In this document: positions 12,400 to 25,719 of the stretch, piece by piece | Layout of the letters: the number at the start of each line of letters is the position of its first letter | Numbering within the stretch: position 1 is the stretch's first letter | Assembly (NCBI RefSeq): GCF_001194135.2 | Contig: NC_068993.1 | Coordinates: 26,289,958-26,353,957, forward strand | Direction of reading: 5' to 3' | Length of the DNA: 64,000 nt | DNA from: Octopus bimaculoides | Taxonomy: Eukaryota | The notes under the pieces: generated by a model | The model's input: the letters and a program-made list of their open reading frames with translations, nothing else | Told to the model about the DNA's origin: nothing | Database searches by the model: none | Made by a program: the position numbers and the translations under genes

Positions 12400-13545
12400 T
12401 TGCTCCCTAATCGAGTATTAACTGTGGTATTAACTGTGTGTGTTTTTGTTTGTGTGTGTGAGAAGGAGAGAGGGAGGTGGCGTGTGTGTGTGGGTGCATT
12501 GCCAAGGGTGTGGTATTATGTGTGGGGGTGTGCATGTGTTTGTGCACACGGGTGTGTGGTGTGTGTGTACATGCATGCGTGTGTGAGTGTGTGTATGTGT
12601 GTGCATGTTGGTATGTGTGTGTGATGTGTGGCATAAGAATATAAAAATAAAAACTAATACAAATAAAAAATAAAAATTAGTGATAATAAAAAATAAATGA
12701 AAAAGATTATGTGAATAAATCAATAATAGAAATAAGTTTTTAAAATCAGTAACAGAAATAAATAAAAAATAAACGAATAAAAAAATAAACATAAGGTTTA
12801 TTACAAAGATTGAACCTGATGCAGTAAATGAGGCTCGAAGAAGTGCAGCAGGAGGAGTTCCTAATGTAGAGGGTGCACTGGTTGGATCCAGTGAGGGAAA
12901 TGTCATTGGTAATGAAAGGACAGGTGTGGCAAGAGGGTCTGGAGCCAGGGAGTGATCCAGATTGGGCTGAAATGGAGGCAGGGAGGGAACGATGGACCAG
13001 TAGATCGCATAAGTTACGGGAACATTTGAAGGAGGGCAAGGGTGGGTTAGAGAACATAGGGAGGGTGGTGGGATATAGCTGGAGGTGACAGAAGGCCCAC
13101 AGGAGCTTCCACCGAAGGGGTAGTGTGGAAGGTGGAAAAGGAGGGGAAGGGGATGCAGTTTGGGATCAGTGTGGGTAAGGAGAGAAGGCAGTAGTGAGAT
13201 TGATTTAACAAACATGGGTAAGGGTGGATGGGTATCCCCGATGCATGAACAAGAGGGCCAAGTATTGGGACTGGGTCTTGAAATCCTGGCCTCAGCTGCA
13301 CAGGCGTCAGTGGCAGAGGAACTGAGAGTAGGAGATGGCCCGTTTGGTGTGGGAGGATGGGAGGAGGAAAAGTTGAGGTAGAAGTGGGAGTCCGTGGGTT
13401 TAAAGAAGGCAGAAGTAGTGAGAGAGTGGGTGGAGGGATCAATGGAGGGAGAGGTATTGAGGAAGTTTATGAAAGTATCAGAGACGGTAGAGATGAATCC
13501 GAGAGAAGGGTGGAAGTTAGAAACGAAAGAGATGGGGTTAGTAGA
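12400..13545 (-). mobile_element. Decayed Penelope-like element: RT thumb, N-part of GIY-YIG endonuclease and CA-rich 3' region
   Basis: Minus strand reads SFVSNFHPSLGF..FKPTDSHFYLNFSSSHP.HTKRAISYSQFL..RGYP, then FSNPPLPSFKCSRNL.DLLV..CHTCPFI..CTSSSLIYCI. It overlaps by homology the RT end at 63689-64000. Confidence 0.85.
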
Positions 13546-13639
13546 TCACACTCTTAACCACTCCGCCATATGCCTGTGTCTATCACCCAAGTTGGCCACT
13601 GAAGAATTTGAACTCAGAGAACTGAGTGCCAGACTCTGT

Positions 13640-13731
<92 letters not shown>

Positions 13732-14149
13732 AAGCTTGTGCATATGTTTGTATGCTTGTTGATATACATGTATACATATATTTATTTTTATATATTTATA
13801 TTATATGGAAATATGGAAGTGACTAATACAATGACATTTGTATTATGAAGCCATGCTGGCATACAAGATGGAATAGTCTTTGCGACAGTAGCTCTGGTTC
13901 CACATCAGTAACTGCTTTCCATAATTTTAATATACTATCAGGTTAGTTTCCAGACAAACACTTCAGGTGTAACATTTGTAAAAAGCTAATTGTGAATTGT
14001 TTATGTTGCTGAAGAGAGCCTGAAGATCAAAACATTGGACTGTCCAGTAATTTACCAGTTTTCTTAAAGTGTTAAAAACTTTGTTTCTTAATGACAACAT
14101 GCAACAAGAAATAGAATATTACTATGGAGATAATTTATATATATGTGTG

Positions 14150-14197
<48 letters not shown>

Positions 14198-14609
14198 NNN
14201 NNNNNNNNNNNNNNNNNNNNNNNNNNNNNNNNNNNNNNNNNNNNNNNNNNNNNNNNNNNNNNNNNNNNNNNNNNNNNNNNNNNNNNNNNNNNNNNNNNNN
14301 NNNNNNNNNNNNNNNNNNNNNNNNNNNNNNNNNNNNNNNNNNNNNNNNNNNNNNNNNNNNNNNNNNNNNNNNNNNNNNNNNNNNNNNNNNNNNNNNNNNN
14401 NNNNNNNNNNNNNNNNNNNNNNNNNNNNNNNNNNNNNNNNNNNNNNNNNNNNNNNNNNNNNNNNNNNNNNNNNNNNNNNNNNNNNNNNNNNNNNNNNNNN
14501 NNNNNNNNNNNNNNNNNNNNNNNNNNNNNNNNNNNNAAAAAGACAAAAAACAACAACGTGAGGACGTGATACAGATTGTGTTACTAGACGCTTGGGAAAG
14601 GAAAGAGTG

Positions 14610-14658
<49 letters not shown>

Positions 14659-14689
14659 ATATGTAAATGTATATATGATACTCAGTGAA

Positions 14690-14865
14690 AAAGAGAGTTG
14701 TTTTACATTTCAAGCATAGCTCTTTGTTGGAAACAGGAAAAGCAGGCAAGTCCAAAGAGAAAGAATGAAGAATGAAGAAAACTCACCAAGAGTCTGAAGT
14801 AATTGGAAGTAGAAGGAGAAAGAGAAAGTGCTTTGTGGGACAATAGAGTGTGAAGAAGATGGTCG

Positions 14866-14896
<31 letters not shown>

Positions 14897-15070
14897 GTAG
14901 CATGTGTATGTGTGTATATGGTGGTAACTGTGTGAGTGTGTGTGTGAGAAGGAGAGAGGGATGAGGTGGAGTGTGTGTGGGTGCATTGCCAAAGGTGTGG
15001 ATATTATGTCTGTAGGTGTGCATGTGTGTGTGTACGGGGTGTGTGTGGTGTGTGTGTACGTGTGTGCATG
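14690..15070 (-). mobile_element. 3' region of the same PLE family, with a decayed terminal motif
   Basis: 14940-15060 matches 12455-12580 (gagaaggagagaggga..gggtgcattgccaa.ggtgtgg). It ends on the minus strand in ccaacaaaGAGCtatGCTTgaaatgtaa. Confidence 0.55.
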
Positions 15071-15081
15071 TATATATGTAT

Positions 15082-15300
15082 ATTACTCTTTTTCTTGTTT
15101 CAGTCATTTGACTACACCCATGCAGGAGCACTACCTTTTAGTTGAATCAATCAACCCAGGACTTATTCTTTGTAATAAGCACTTTTCCTAGTGCTTATTC
15201 TATCAGTCTCTAGTGACGAACCACTAAGTTACCGGGACATAAACACACCAACACCAGTTGTCAAGCAATGGTGGGAGGACAAACACAGATATACAAATAC
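15082..15300 (-). mobile_element. SINE family A tail module
   Basis: cttgtttcagtcatttgact..ccaggacttattc..ggttgtcaagcaatggtgggaggacaaacac. Confidence 0.75.
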
Positions 15301-15329
15301 ATACATATATATATATGTAGTCCAAGAGA

Positions 15330-15588
15330 GACAGTTCTTGTTGAATAATCTGTAGAAAGAATTTCTTTTATAGTAATTGAATGTTTGTGCTGTACATTAG
15401 CTCAGTCTTTCCATTAAATTCCTATTGTCTGAACAGTTGCACAGTGTGTCATGCATCAGGTGTCAAAGTGATCACAGAGCAACATGAAACAAAGTGTTTT
15501 GCTCAAGAACACAATGTATCACCCAATCCTGGAATGGAAACCAAGATCTCACAATCATGAGTACAACACCATAACCACTAGGCTATGT
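15330..15588 (-). mobile_element. tRNA-derived SINE family C
   Basis: Minus strand TAGCCTAGTGGTT (A box)...GGTTTCCATTCC (B-box-like)...gtgttcttgagcaaaacactt. Confidence 0.6.
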
Positions 15589-15629
15589 ATCCTCACACAC
15601 AAACATAATGTAAATATCCATGTGTGCAT

Positions 15630-15870
15630 GTATGCACATATCACTCTCATCATCTTCATCATTGTTTCCATGCTTGCATGGATTGAATGGAGTATTTTTA
15701 GGGAAGAATTTCTGTGCCTAGATACCCTTCCTGTCACCATCTGTCACCTGGTTCCAAGCAAATAATTATTTCTCCATGGCAGGATATTTTTTTGCAGAAT
15801 TTTACAAACAAAGACAACATTTGTATGATAATGACACTCATTTACAACTATCACATGATGTCAAGAAAAG
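15630..15870 (-). mobile_element. RTE-tailed short repeat
   Basis: catc..tccatgcttgcatggatt..gatacccttcctgtcacc; homologous to 22700-22830, 59170-59310 and 63095-63280. Confidence 0.55.
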
Positions 15871-15895
15871 GAGGCACAAGAACACTCAGTTGCAT

Positions 15896-15947
<52 letters not shown>

Positions 15948-16273
15948 CTATGCATTTATATATTTACATCTAAGTATAAAAAACAACATTCAGGAACAAT
16001 AATAATTTATCGGCTCAAGTTTGATAAGCTGAAAAAAGTTTTGTATATCCCACAGTTAGTGACTAGAATTGCTATGAATGTGAACTAAAATCCAAATTGA
16101 AGGAATGTAACAGGTAACATCCAGACTACATATGTTTCCTATGTAATAATTACTCAATGAGGGGTACTCAGCTAACTACTCATCAGGCCAAAGATACCAT
16201 AGTTATATAAAGGTTACACACACACACACACATATACACATATATATATACATATATACACACACACATGTGT

Positions 16274-16344
<71 letters not shown>

Positions 16345-16349
<5 letters not shown>

Positions 16350-16510
16350 CAGTAGGTACAATAGGCTTCTTTCAATAATTGTCTACCAGATCCACTTGCT
16401 AAGTTTTGGTTGACCCAGGGCCATAGTAGACTGACTCAAAGACTGAATGACGCAACGGCTGAACCTGAAACCACATGATTGGGAAGTAGATTCCTTAGCT
16501 ATACAGCAAT
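16345..16510 (-). mobile_element. SINE family A head module (further heads on the minus strand at ~20650-20812, ~22885-23032, ~23535-23675 and on the plus strand at ~41940-42090, ~48262-48432)
   Basis: ggcttctttca..ccagatccact..gaacctgaaaccacatgattgggaagtagatt is the reverse complement of the family A head. Confidence 0.7.
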
Positions 16511-18064
16511 GTTTGCACCTATAAAGTCACTGTGCAAATATTGTTTGCTTGTACAGATAACCTGGGCAAGTAATCCTAGAACTGTCCTGGAATATCTTGA
16601 AATAATAATGTCTTGCAGTATTAAAGGTATGAATGCTATCAGGAAAAGGTGTTCACATTAGAAAAGGTCAGAATGATATGGAAAGACGGAGTGAGGATGG
16701 AGCTCAGATACTGGGCTTTATGGTTGAGGTGTGAAGGGATGGTAAAAAGTAGCAGTGTATTTATACAGCACGGCCAAATAACTTATGCCAGCATGGAGAA
16801 ATAATTGATTATGATTATGATGAATATATGTATTTGTGTGTATATGTATGTGTAGTAATTAGAATTATAATACCATATCTAAAGGTTTTGTCTCTGGATG
16901 ACTTATTAGATGAAAAGGAATAATGAATATTGGTTTGAAATTTTAATCATGTAATTTGTGAATTAGTATATCTCATTCTCTTTAGTACTTTTCAGATCAT
17001 GTTTCATGGCAGTAACTTTTGTCAATACAGCAAGAATGAACTTATGATTTTGAATTGCATGAGTGGGTGTACAGCTGACACTCTCAAAACAAGATGCAGT
17101 AAACTTCAACATATTTATACTGAAGGAAATGATTGAAGCAAACCTGTCAAATATAAACTCCAGCCCTTCATGAAAGCAAACAGAACCAATACACTATATG
17201 TATAGAAAATTTACCCCTTCTTGTGTCATAAAAACTGCACTCAAAAATAGAAGGATATATTATTTCTCTTTAAATAAAACTACCTCAGAAACTACAATGA
17301 TGTTTAACAAATATCTGGTATAAAGAAAGGAGTGTGTGATTTTATTTGTTTTAAAACATTTTCTTTCAAGAAATATATGGAACAATAGACACAGACTAAC
17401 AGAACCAGGAAAAGAAAAAGTCATTTGCTTCAACCCAATCTATGACTTCATTGTAGTGTCCACAGAGTTAGAAATTTTCTTGCATTACTTAGGAAGCATT
17501 TTCCTATCAAACACAAGTATTACAAACTGTACAATAAAAGTAATATAAAAGTTAGCTACAACTGTATAAAAAAATACTGTTAGATTGAAGCAATAAAATT
17601 TAAGTACTGAGATTAGGACAAATTTAAATAAACCACCAGAACACAGCTGCAGTAACACAACGTCTTATCCACTTAGTAAATGCTCCATTTATCTATTGAG
17701 ACAACATTTTAATAAAAGTTGGTACCTACATGAGTTGTATTGGTTAGACAAAAATACATTTAAGAGCAGGCATATACATCATAGCTATCCCATCAGAAAT
17801 AGCAGCAAGAAATTCTTTTTATTGTGTGCATGTAATCATGTGTATATGTGAATAGGCCTCTGTGTGTGCATGTATGTATACTCATATGTTTGCTTAGGAA
17901 TATACAAATATTTCTTTAGCTAGAATATTTATGCATATCTATGTATTCGTATGTGTAAATATATTAAATTCACATGTATATATCAGCTTAAGTGTCCTGT
18001 GATGTGATGTATGTGTGTCAACGTTTATATACATATACATGTATATGGGTATGTGTATATTTGT

Positions 18065-18096
<32 letters not shown>

Positions 18097-18530
18097 TCGT
18101 CTGCATTTTCTCTTTCATTTTCTCTTAAGCTTACCTGCTGTTTAGCAGGCAGATTATTCACAATTTCTAATATATATATCACTTCAAACTTAAATTATTA
18201 ATCAAATATTCCATTAAGAATTGTAATTCACTCAGTATAAGAAACATGCTATCTGTTGTAAGACCAACTGAAAAGGGCCACAAAAAAAAAAAAAAAACGC
18301 TTGGCCCCTGAGTTATTTTATAACTCTTTTGATGATTAAAAAATTAAAATGTGTATATTCGGGTTTTGAGTTCTGTTTCTCCTGCTTCTTCTACAAACTT
18401 ATATATATTAAAAATATATATATCAATTTTATATTTTTGCAAACTATATTCACACACACACACACACGCACACACACATGCACACATTCAGAGAGAAAGA
18501 GAGAGAGACATAGACATAGTTTCAAACATA

Positions 18531-18747
18531 CAAGGGGGTGCTGAAAAGTTCTTGCCTTTAAGGGTATTGTGAAAGGCCTGGCTGGAGACACTATCTTTCG
18601 AGATCTTATATAACACTTAGAAAAAGTGAAGGACCACTGCAATACGTGTGTGAATCTGAGAGGAGAATATGTTGGCTAAAACCATAATTAACTGACCCTC
18701 CTGTATTTTCTTTTACACAAAGTCAGAAATGTTTCAACACCCCCTCA
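18531..18747 (+). mobile_element. mariner-derived MITE
   Basis: TA|caagggggtgctgaaaagtt...aatgtttcaacaccccctca|TA inverted ends. The internal LEKVKDHCNTCVNLRGEYVG* resembles a mariner transposase C-terminus. Confidence 0.75.
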
Positions 18748-18794
18748 TATAAATATATTGATGTATGTATACATGTTTATATATATAATGATAA

Positions 18795-18875
18795 TCACAA
18801 CTGTCTGGCGAATGGAAATGTGAAACTCTGAGCAATAGTTTTTTTGAGATGTTTTTGCAGCTTTAATAAAAAGTA
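18795..18875 (+). ncRNA. Decayed hammerhead-like motif, same family as 46391-46790
   Basis: tcac-aactgt-CTGGCGA-atg gaaa tgt-GAAA-c tctga-GCA-atagtt..gtttttgcagctttaataa. The core has two lesions (A6>G and U16.1>C). Confidence 0.55.
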
Positions 18876-18889
18876 TATATATGATATAT

Positions 18890-19203
18890 ATATTCTTTTA
18901 TTCTTTTATTCTTTTACATGTTTCAGTCATTTCACTGCAGCAATGCTGGAGTACCACCTTTAGTCGAACAAAGTGATCCCAAGCCTAGTACTTATTCTAT
19001 CGGTCTCTTTTGCTGAACTGCTAGATTATGTGGATGTAACACACCAACATCAGTTGTCAAGTGATGGTGGGGGACAAACAGACACTCACAAGGCTTTGGT
19101 TGGCCTGAGGCTATAGTAGAAGACACTTGTCCAAGGTGCCACACTGTAAGACTGAACCTAGAAACATGTGGTTGGGAAGCAAGCTTCTTACCATACAGCC
19201 AAC
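18890..19203 (-). mobile_element. SINE family A with the internal microsatellite deleted
   Basis: Tail and head are joined at gggacaaacagacac|tcacaaggctttgg. Confidence 0.8.
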
Positions 19204-19363
19204 TCAAGGAAGAATGGAGAATTTACACATCTTTAAATGATAATTTATAACATATATATATTGGAAATGCATGTTTCTGATATTCTGTTCAATACAGTAA
19301 GGCAATGATCTTGCATGTTGATCAATCCACAAGATATCAATAACTGTATTACACAGTAAATGT

Positions 19364-19420
<57 letters not shown>

Positions 19421-19616
19421 ACCCCGCTCATACACATAGATTCACATACACAAACATACATATACACATATAGATATGGATATATATATGTGTATATTTA
19501 TGTATGTGTGTGTTTGTGCGTGTGAATCTATGTGTGTGAGTGTAGTGGCGGGGGGGTTGTACATATATACATATGGCGGCATATGTACACTTTGGTCTCT
19601 TATATGTAAGTACATA

Positions 19617-19652
<36 letters not shown>

Positions 19653-19654
19653 CC

Positions 19655-19719
19655 GGAGTAAGCACATGAAATGTGCAACAAGGTGGAAAAAAGAGTACTC
19701 AAATACCAGAGGTAGAGTA

Positions 19720-19750
<31 letters not shown>

Positions 19751-20418
19751 AATTTTGTACGACTCTCTTATTCTTTCATTCTTTCTTTCTTTCTATCAGC
19801 TCCTTCACACTTTGTTCTTTCCTGTACTCTCACATTTCCTGGCTTTCTCTTCATTCTCATCTCTCCTCTTTCACTTCACTCTGTCCCTTTTCTTTTTTTC
19901 TCATCCCTCCCTAATTCTTCTATCCCTCTGCCTCTACTTCACTCCTCTCTCTCCACGTAACCAGTCTTCAGCCAAGACTGACCTTTCTTTCTTGGTTTGA
20001 CTACCATCCGTGCAACATCTATATTCCTCTCCATGCCTGTCATCTCTTATGTCCCTGCCGTAAGGCTTCACTTCCACACACGCCAGCTCACTTTAATTCG
20101 TCTTTAGTTGAAAGTCACATGTTGTTAATGTCCTGTTATTTGCACTTGTATATGTGTACCATTTCTCCATTTTTTTTCTGTCCTTGCTTTCATGTACATT
20201 CACTGCTTTCTTCCAAGGAATCTAGTGCTCTTAGCTTAGTTTTTCCTCGGGGCTGGCCAGATTGGAGCAAGCTCGAGTATAACCAGCCAAAATTGCAAAG
20301 ATAATCTGGAACTCGACTGAAGAAAAAAAACTCCGAATGACCTGTCCTTGTTTTTCTTGTCCCCATTTTTGTATCATCTGTCTGGATGTTTTGTGTTCTT
20401 GTTCCATTTTTTGTATTC

Positions 20419-20420
<2 letters not shown>
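19655..20420. repeat. Interspersed repeat of unassigned class
   Basis: 19655-19722 (taagcacatgaaatgtgcaacaaggtggaaaaaagagtactcaaataccagagg) matches 52016-52078. It is followed by pyrimidine-rich sequence. Confidence 0.4.
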
Positions 20421-20479
<59 letters not shown>

Positions 20480-20953
20480 ATGTGACAATTAGTTGGTTGT
20501 CATAATAAAACTCAGATGGTGGGGCTGAAGTCTGCTCTGGCATCTCATCAGAACCAGATTATATTTAAAGATAAATTCCTCTATTTTACATAATATTGAG
20601 GTCTCATTCATTCTTTTGTTGTCATATTATTATTATTAATATATACATGTATGTATGTATGTATCTTTCAGTTTCTGTCTACTAAGTCCACTGATAAGGA
20701 TTTGGTCAGCCTATTCTTATAATAGAAGGCACTTACCCAGGGTACTGCATAGTGGAACTGGACTCAAGATCACATGGCTGTGAAGCAGGCTTCTTAGCCA
20801 CACAACCATACATATAGATAGATAGGTATATGCATGTGTGTGTATATGTATCTTGGCGCCTTGTTGTACCACTCATCTGTATTTATATATATATATAGGA
20901 GAATATACGAAAAAACAACAACAGACGAGGACAGGTGGTGTAAATAACAAAAG

Positions 20954-21029
<76 letters not shown>

Positions 21030-21266
21030 GTTGTCTGGAAAGTTTGTGCCGATTTATAGTAGCTTACCTTCTGACTTATTTGCCATGAAACCACCTCAAT
21101 TCTGGGAAGAGAGTATTTTCAAGTTAAAGGAAAGATGGAGATGCATTGTGCACAAAATGGTTCATATTTGGTTGACTAAAAATGTAATGGCAAGTATTTA
21201 TTGACCTTTTTCTTTCCTTTAAAAACTGGACAACCCAATATATATATAGAATGAGAGATGTAGTTC

Positions 21267-21307
<41 letters not shown>

Positions 21308-21430
21308 GTATTTGTGTGTATATACTTGTGTGTATTTATGTATATATATGTTTATATATTTATATATATACCCATACATATACAACCTTACATGTGCATG
21401 TTCATGTGCATATGTATACAATGCACAAAT

Positions 21431-21461
<31 letters not shown>

Positions 21462-21628
21462 ACACAGCACAGATATACATGAATATCATTACAATCAGAT
21501 GAACCTTTAGATATACTAATACTTGGAAATGTACATAATGCAAACAGTACATAGACAGACAGACGTATACACATATATATTCTGCAAGTAATTAATATTT
21601 CACTGAGTTCTTGTATTGACCAGTTATT

Positions 21629-21690
<62 letters not shown>

Positions 21691-22399
21691 TTTTCCTGTT
21701 GTGATATATATTCTGGTTCACATTTGAGAAATTACTATGGGATATTTTACAGAACTTGTAAGGGTTTACATATGTATGTTAATATGAATCTATATGAAAA
21801 CTATTTTACTTACCTGTGAGCAAGGCCTTGTCACTGATGTAGCTATAAACTGCAGTTTCTCAGCAAAAAGCTGAGATTAATTACAGCCTGTTAATGACCA
21901 TTCCAAAACCCTGTTGTTTTGCCAATAACTTAGGGAAAAATCACTAATATTTATTTCACAGTGTGAGACTATAATATGCAGCCTGTCAGAGAAATGAGCC
22001 CTGCAAGGTGAAGTGGCAGCTGCAACAGATGTCGCTGGCCATTCTCTGTAGCAATGCCATCATGGTCATCATCACAGGGCATGGCTGAGTACACCATTTG
22101 TTCTGGGGTATGTGACATATCTCCCCCTCCCCTATCTTCTGCTGATTTAACCCCCTTTTTTCTTTTTTTTTTCTTTTTTTTTTTTATCTCTCTTTTTTTC
22201 TTGCTTTTTTGTATGGAAATATTATAAATAACTAGAGACCAAAATTAATTACCAAATTAAATGAAATATGAATAAGTGGACACAGAAAAAGAAAAACAAA
22301 TTAAGTTAATATAAACTATTACAACAAAAAAAAAAGTCAACCAGTTATGAACATTATATGCTTCAAATATATCAGTATTCATTGGTATGCAAAATCATT

Positions 22400-22700
22400 T
22401 AGTTTCTATGCTGAGTGAATGAAAGATGAGCAATAAGAGCGGATTGTATAATGCATATGTTCAAACTGCGATGTTGCATGGTAGTGAGATGGAGGTCTTA
22501 AATGCTGAAGAAGTGAGAAATGCAAAAACAAATGAGGCAAGCATGTTTTAATGGATATGTAATGTTAGTATGCTGGAACACCAATGTGCAAATAAGCTGA
22601 GAGAAAAACTTGGTATAAGAGGAGTCAATTGTAGTGAGTAGGAGAGAAGGCTGCACTGGCTGGGAACGTGATGCATATGGGTGAGGGCAGAATCTGTTGA
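22400..22700 (+). pseudogene. RTE-clade LINE fragment (RT thumb region)
   Basis: LYNAYVQTAMLHGSE..NEASMF.WICNVS..LREKLGI..ERRLHWLG(H)VMHM matches the RTE Y...V...LYGSE.W..RRL.W.GHV pattern. Confidence 0.75.
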
Positions 22701-23149
22701 GGCAGATTTTCTATGGCCAGACACCCTCCTGTTGTCAACCCTTACCTACTTCCAATCACTGAGCCCAGACATGTTTCTACAGAATATTGGAGATAAATGA
22801 AATTCATTTACAATTACAGAATGCCAAGGCAAGCCAACAAACAAACACACACACACACACACATACATGTGTGTGTATGTATCTATACATATATGTAAGG
22901 GTTTTTATTTTCAATTTCTACCAAATCCAGTTGCAAAGCTTTGGTCGGCCAGGACTGCAATAAAACCCACTTGTCCAAGGTGCCACAATGGAACTGAGCC
23001 AAGTCTGAGCCTTTAGCCATGCCTGCACCTATAGCCTCCTCATCCTCATCCTCTTCCTCCTCTTCCTCCTCCTCCTCACCACCACCACCACTGCCGCCAC
23101 CACTTCCACCATCGCCGCCGCTGCCGCCACCACCACCACTACCACCACC

Positions 23150-23295
23150 ACTGATACTTATTTTATCAGCTCTGAAAGAGTGAAACGTAATGTTGTCCTC
23201 AGCAGAATTTGAACTCAGAACATAAAAAAAGTGGATGAAATAGCACTAAGCATTTTGCCCAGTGTGCTAACGATTCTGCCAGCTCACTGCCTTCG
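23150..23295 (-). mobile_element. SINE family B head (also ~13545-13625, ~27195-27280, ~50205-50420, ~60975-61135)
   Basis: gcagaatttgaactcagaac..ctaagcattttgcccagtgtgctaacgattctgccagctcactgcc. Confidence 0.75.
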
Positions 23296-24139
23296 AGCAA
23301 CAAAATATTAATAATAATGATGATAAAGCAGACAGGGGAGGAAACAGAGATGATGTGAGAGGGGGGAGATGACATGTGGTTAAGCAGGTTATAAGAGTTT
23401 GGGGCAGAAGTAGTCAATGGGGAAGGGGTAAATGTAAGATGATGGAAGAGAGATGATTTGGTGACTCTGATGCCCAACTATCCTGCAATGTCAAGACAAG
23501 GGAGCACAAACATACACACATGCACATAATGAGGCTTCTTTCAGTTTCCTCTCTCAAAGCTTTAGTTGACCCTGGACTATAGTAAATGATACTGGCCAAA
23601 GTATCATACATTGAGACTGAACCTGGAACAACATAGTTGAGAAGCAAACATCTCAACCACACAGCCATGCCTGTACCTAATTATATATTTTAATATTACA
23701 AATATATGCATACACTTTGTATATATATATATGTGTATATATCACAAAACTTCTCTCTTTCGTGTCTAATAACACTTTTCAACCTATGGAATCAAGAATT
23801 ATGATTAAATGTATCCTTAAACCTAATCCATGAACAAAGTTTAACAAGGTTTTCAGTACCATTGTTCTGACAATGAATTGGAAGGATTCCTTGTCATGAA
23901 GATAACACATGAAAATACATGAAATGAAAGCTAGCACAAAGAGTTCATTTCAGACAGCTGTTGGTGTTTTGGAGATGTGATTGGAAAAAGCTTGAAATAA
24001 TGAAGTCAGGAAAAGAGGACAAAGTACCATTAACATTAGAGCAACAGTCAATCAAAAATATTGATAGGATTTTCTGATGAAACAGTGTAATTTAAAGAGT
24101 TAGCTAAAAACTGGAAGTTTAGGAAGTTAATAGCATTGT

Positions 24140-24680
24140 TACAGTAATGGTAACAATATATGTAGTTTGCATGTGCAATAAAAACTATGACCTGGTGCAC
24201 ATATGCAGTAGTGACAACACAGTGCAAATATGCAGTGGCAAATGCAGTTGTGTACAAATTTGTGTACAGTTGTGTAATAATAGACATGTATATATGTGCA
24301 TAGCAGTTGAAAGATAGTGAACATTGCATACTGAGTAATATCAACTACAATGTGATGTATGTTGTATACAGTGTGATGTTCAAATACATGTGCAATAACA
24401 AGTGCAATTGGGTGTGTGCATGTAACAGCAATTACAATGTGATCCACATTTGCAGCATCAGTTTAAATGTGCTCAACATATCCCATAACAACTACAATGT
24501 AATGCACATATAGGATAGCAACCTGTGTTATGCATATGCGTAATATTAATTATAATAATGTTTATATATGCTATAGAAAGTATTATATGTTGTTTATATG
24601 CAATAACTATTATGAGGTAATGCATATGGGCAATATTAACTGAAGTCCAGAGTATATGAGCAATAGCAAATACAATGTGA
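24140..24680. repeat. Degenerate minisatellite, ~27-30-bp unit (approximately catatgtgcaataacaactacaatgtgatg)
   Basis: Recurring tgcaata/aactacaatgt motifs at roughly regular spacing. Confidence 0.6.
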
Positions 24681-25719
24681 GGCCCAAGTTCATTTCAGTG
24701 TGGGTTATACCTTCTCTAACTTTTTTTTTATTATTCTTTATTAATTCTTTATTAATGATCTTCAGATCTTTATGTTTTGAACATCAGAGACTCAAAATTT
24801 GAAAAGAAAAAAAATTTTAATTAAATTTTTTTTTAAACAATATAAAAAAACAAATTTTTTTAGAAGTCAATAAGGAACCTCAATCCATTAATTTCTGAAT
24901 GGAATTATATATTGATTGCATGGATAAAGAACACGAATATCTTGTAATAGATGTATTAGTTTTACAAAATAATAAAAGTAAGTGTATTCAGTAATGTGAA
25001 CATTAAGTATTGTACTGTTTGACTTTAGGAAAATTTTAAAATGCTGTTGTTTCAATTTACTAAGAATGAAAATGTAATTACAAATGCCAGCAAAATTTAT
25101 TTATACACTTCAAATGCAGGCAGAATATGTTTGTATATAAAAATAAAGCACAAACTGTAACTGTTATGTTCATATATGCACACATTACAAAAAAAAACTG
25201 GAAAAGATAAAGAAATCCCCTAAACAATTTCTGATTTTCAAAAAATTTCAAGGCAAGTGGGGATAAAAATATCCCACTTTAATGAATAAACACCACATAT
25301 GATGTACATGTGCAATAGCAACTATCATGTAGTAACCATTTATTCCAGTAAATCACTGAGGTGTGGGAGGAGCTTAACTTCTTCCTTGAGTGATGGCTGG
25401 AGGGAATAATTTTGAGTTACCAATACTCTATGGCAAATGATTAAATTCTGTATTGAAATAACTCAACATCATTTCAAGGTACTAATCACACAAAAAAGAA
25501 TGAAAGTTCCTGGATCTGCTAATTGAACATCAGACCTTTGCCATCCTACACCTGTAATAGACTAATGACTGAAAATAAAATAAAACCAAAGCAAACCTAA
25601 CAGTATTTATGGTCAACCTAAGAAAGATCCTCACAATTGAGGTAATGGAAGAATCCTGCTGTAAAATATTCAGACCAGAATAGACACACTTAATCTAAAT
25701 GTAATATAGGAGTATGAGC

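Noticed and set aside
14005-14045. CTGAAGA-GAGCC..ATC-AAAAC hammerhead-like string (others at ~16180, ~20318, ~56856)
   Set aside because: GAAA and/or stem I complement are missing, so the structure cannot be closed.
17280-17720. Possible chain of small minus-strand exons (INGAFTKWIRRCVTAAVF / FVILVFDRKMLPK / YLLNIIVVSE)
   Set aside because: Donors are weak, phases do not join across all three and I recognise no protein family. RNA-seq would be needed.
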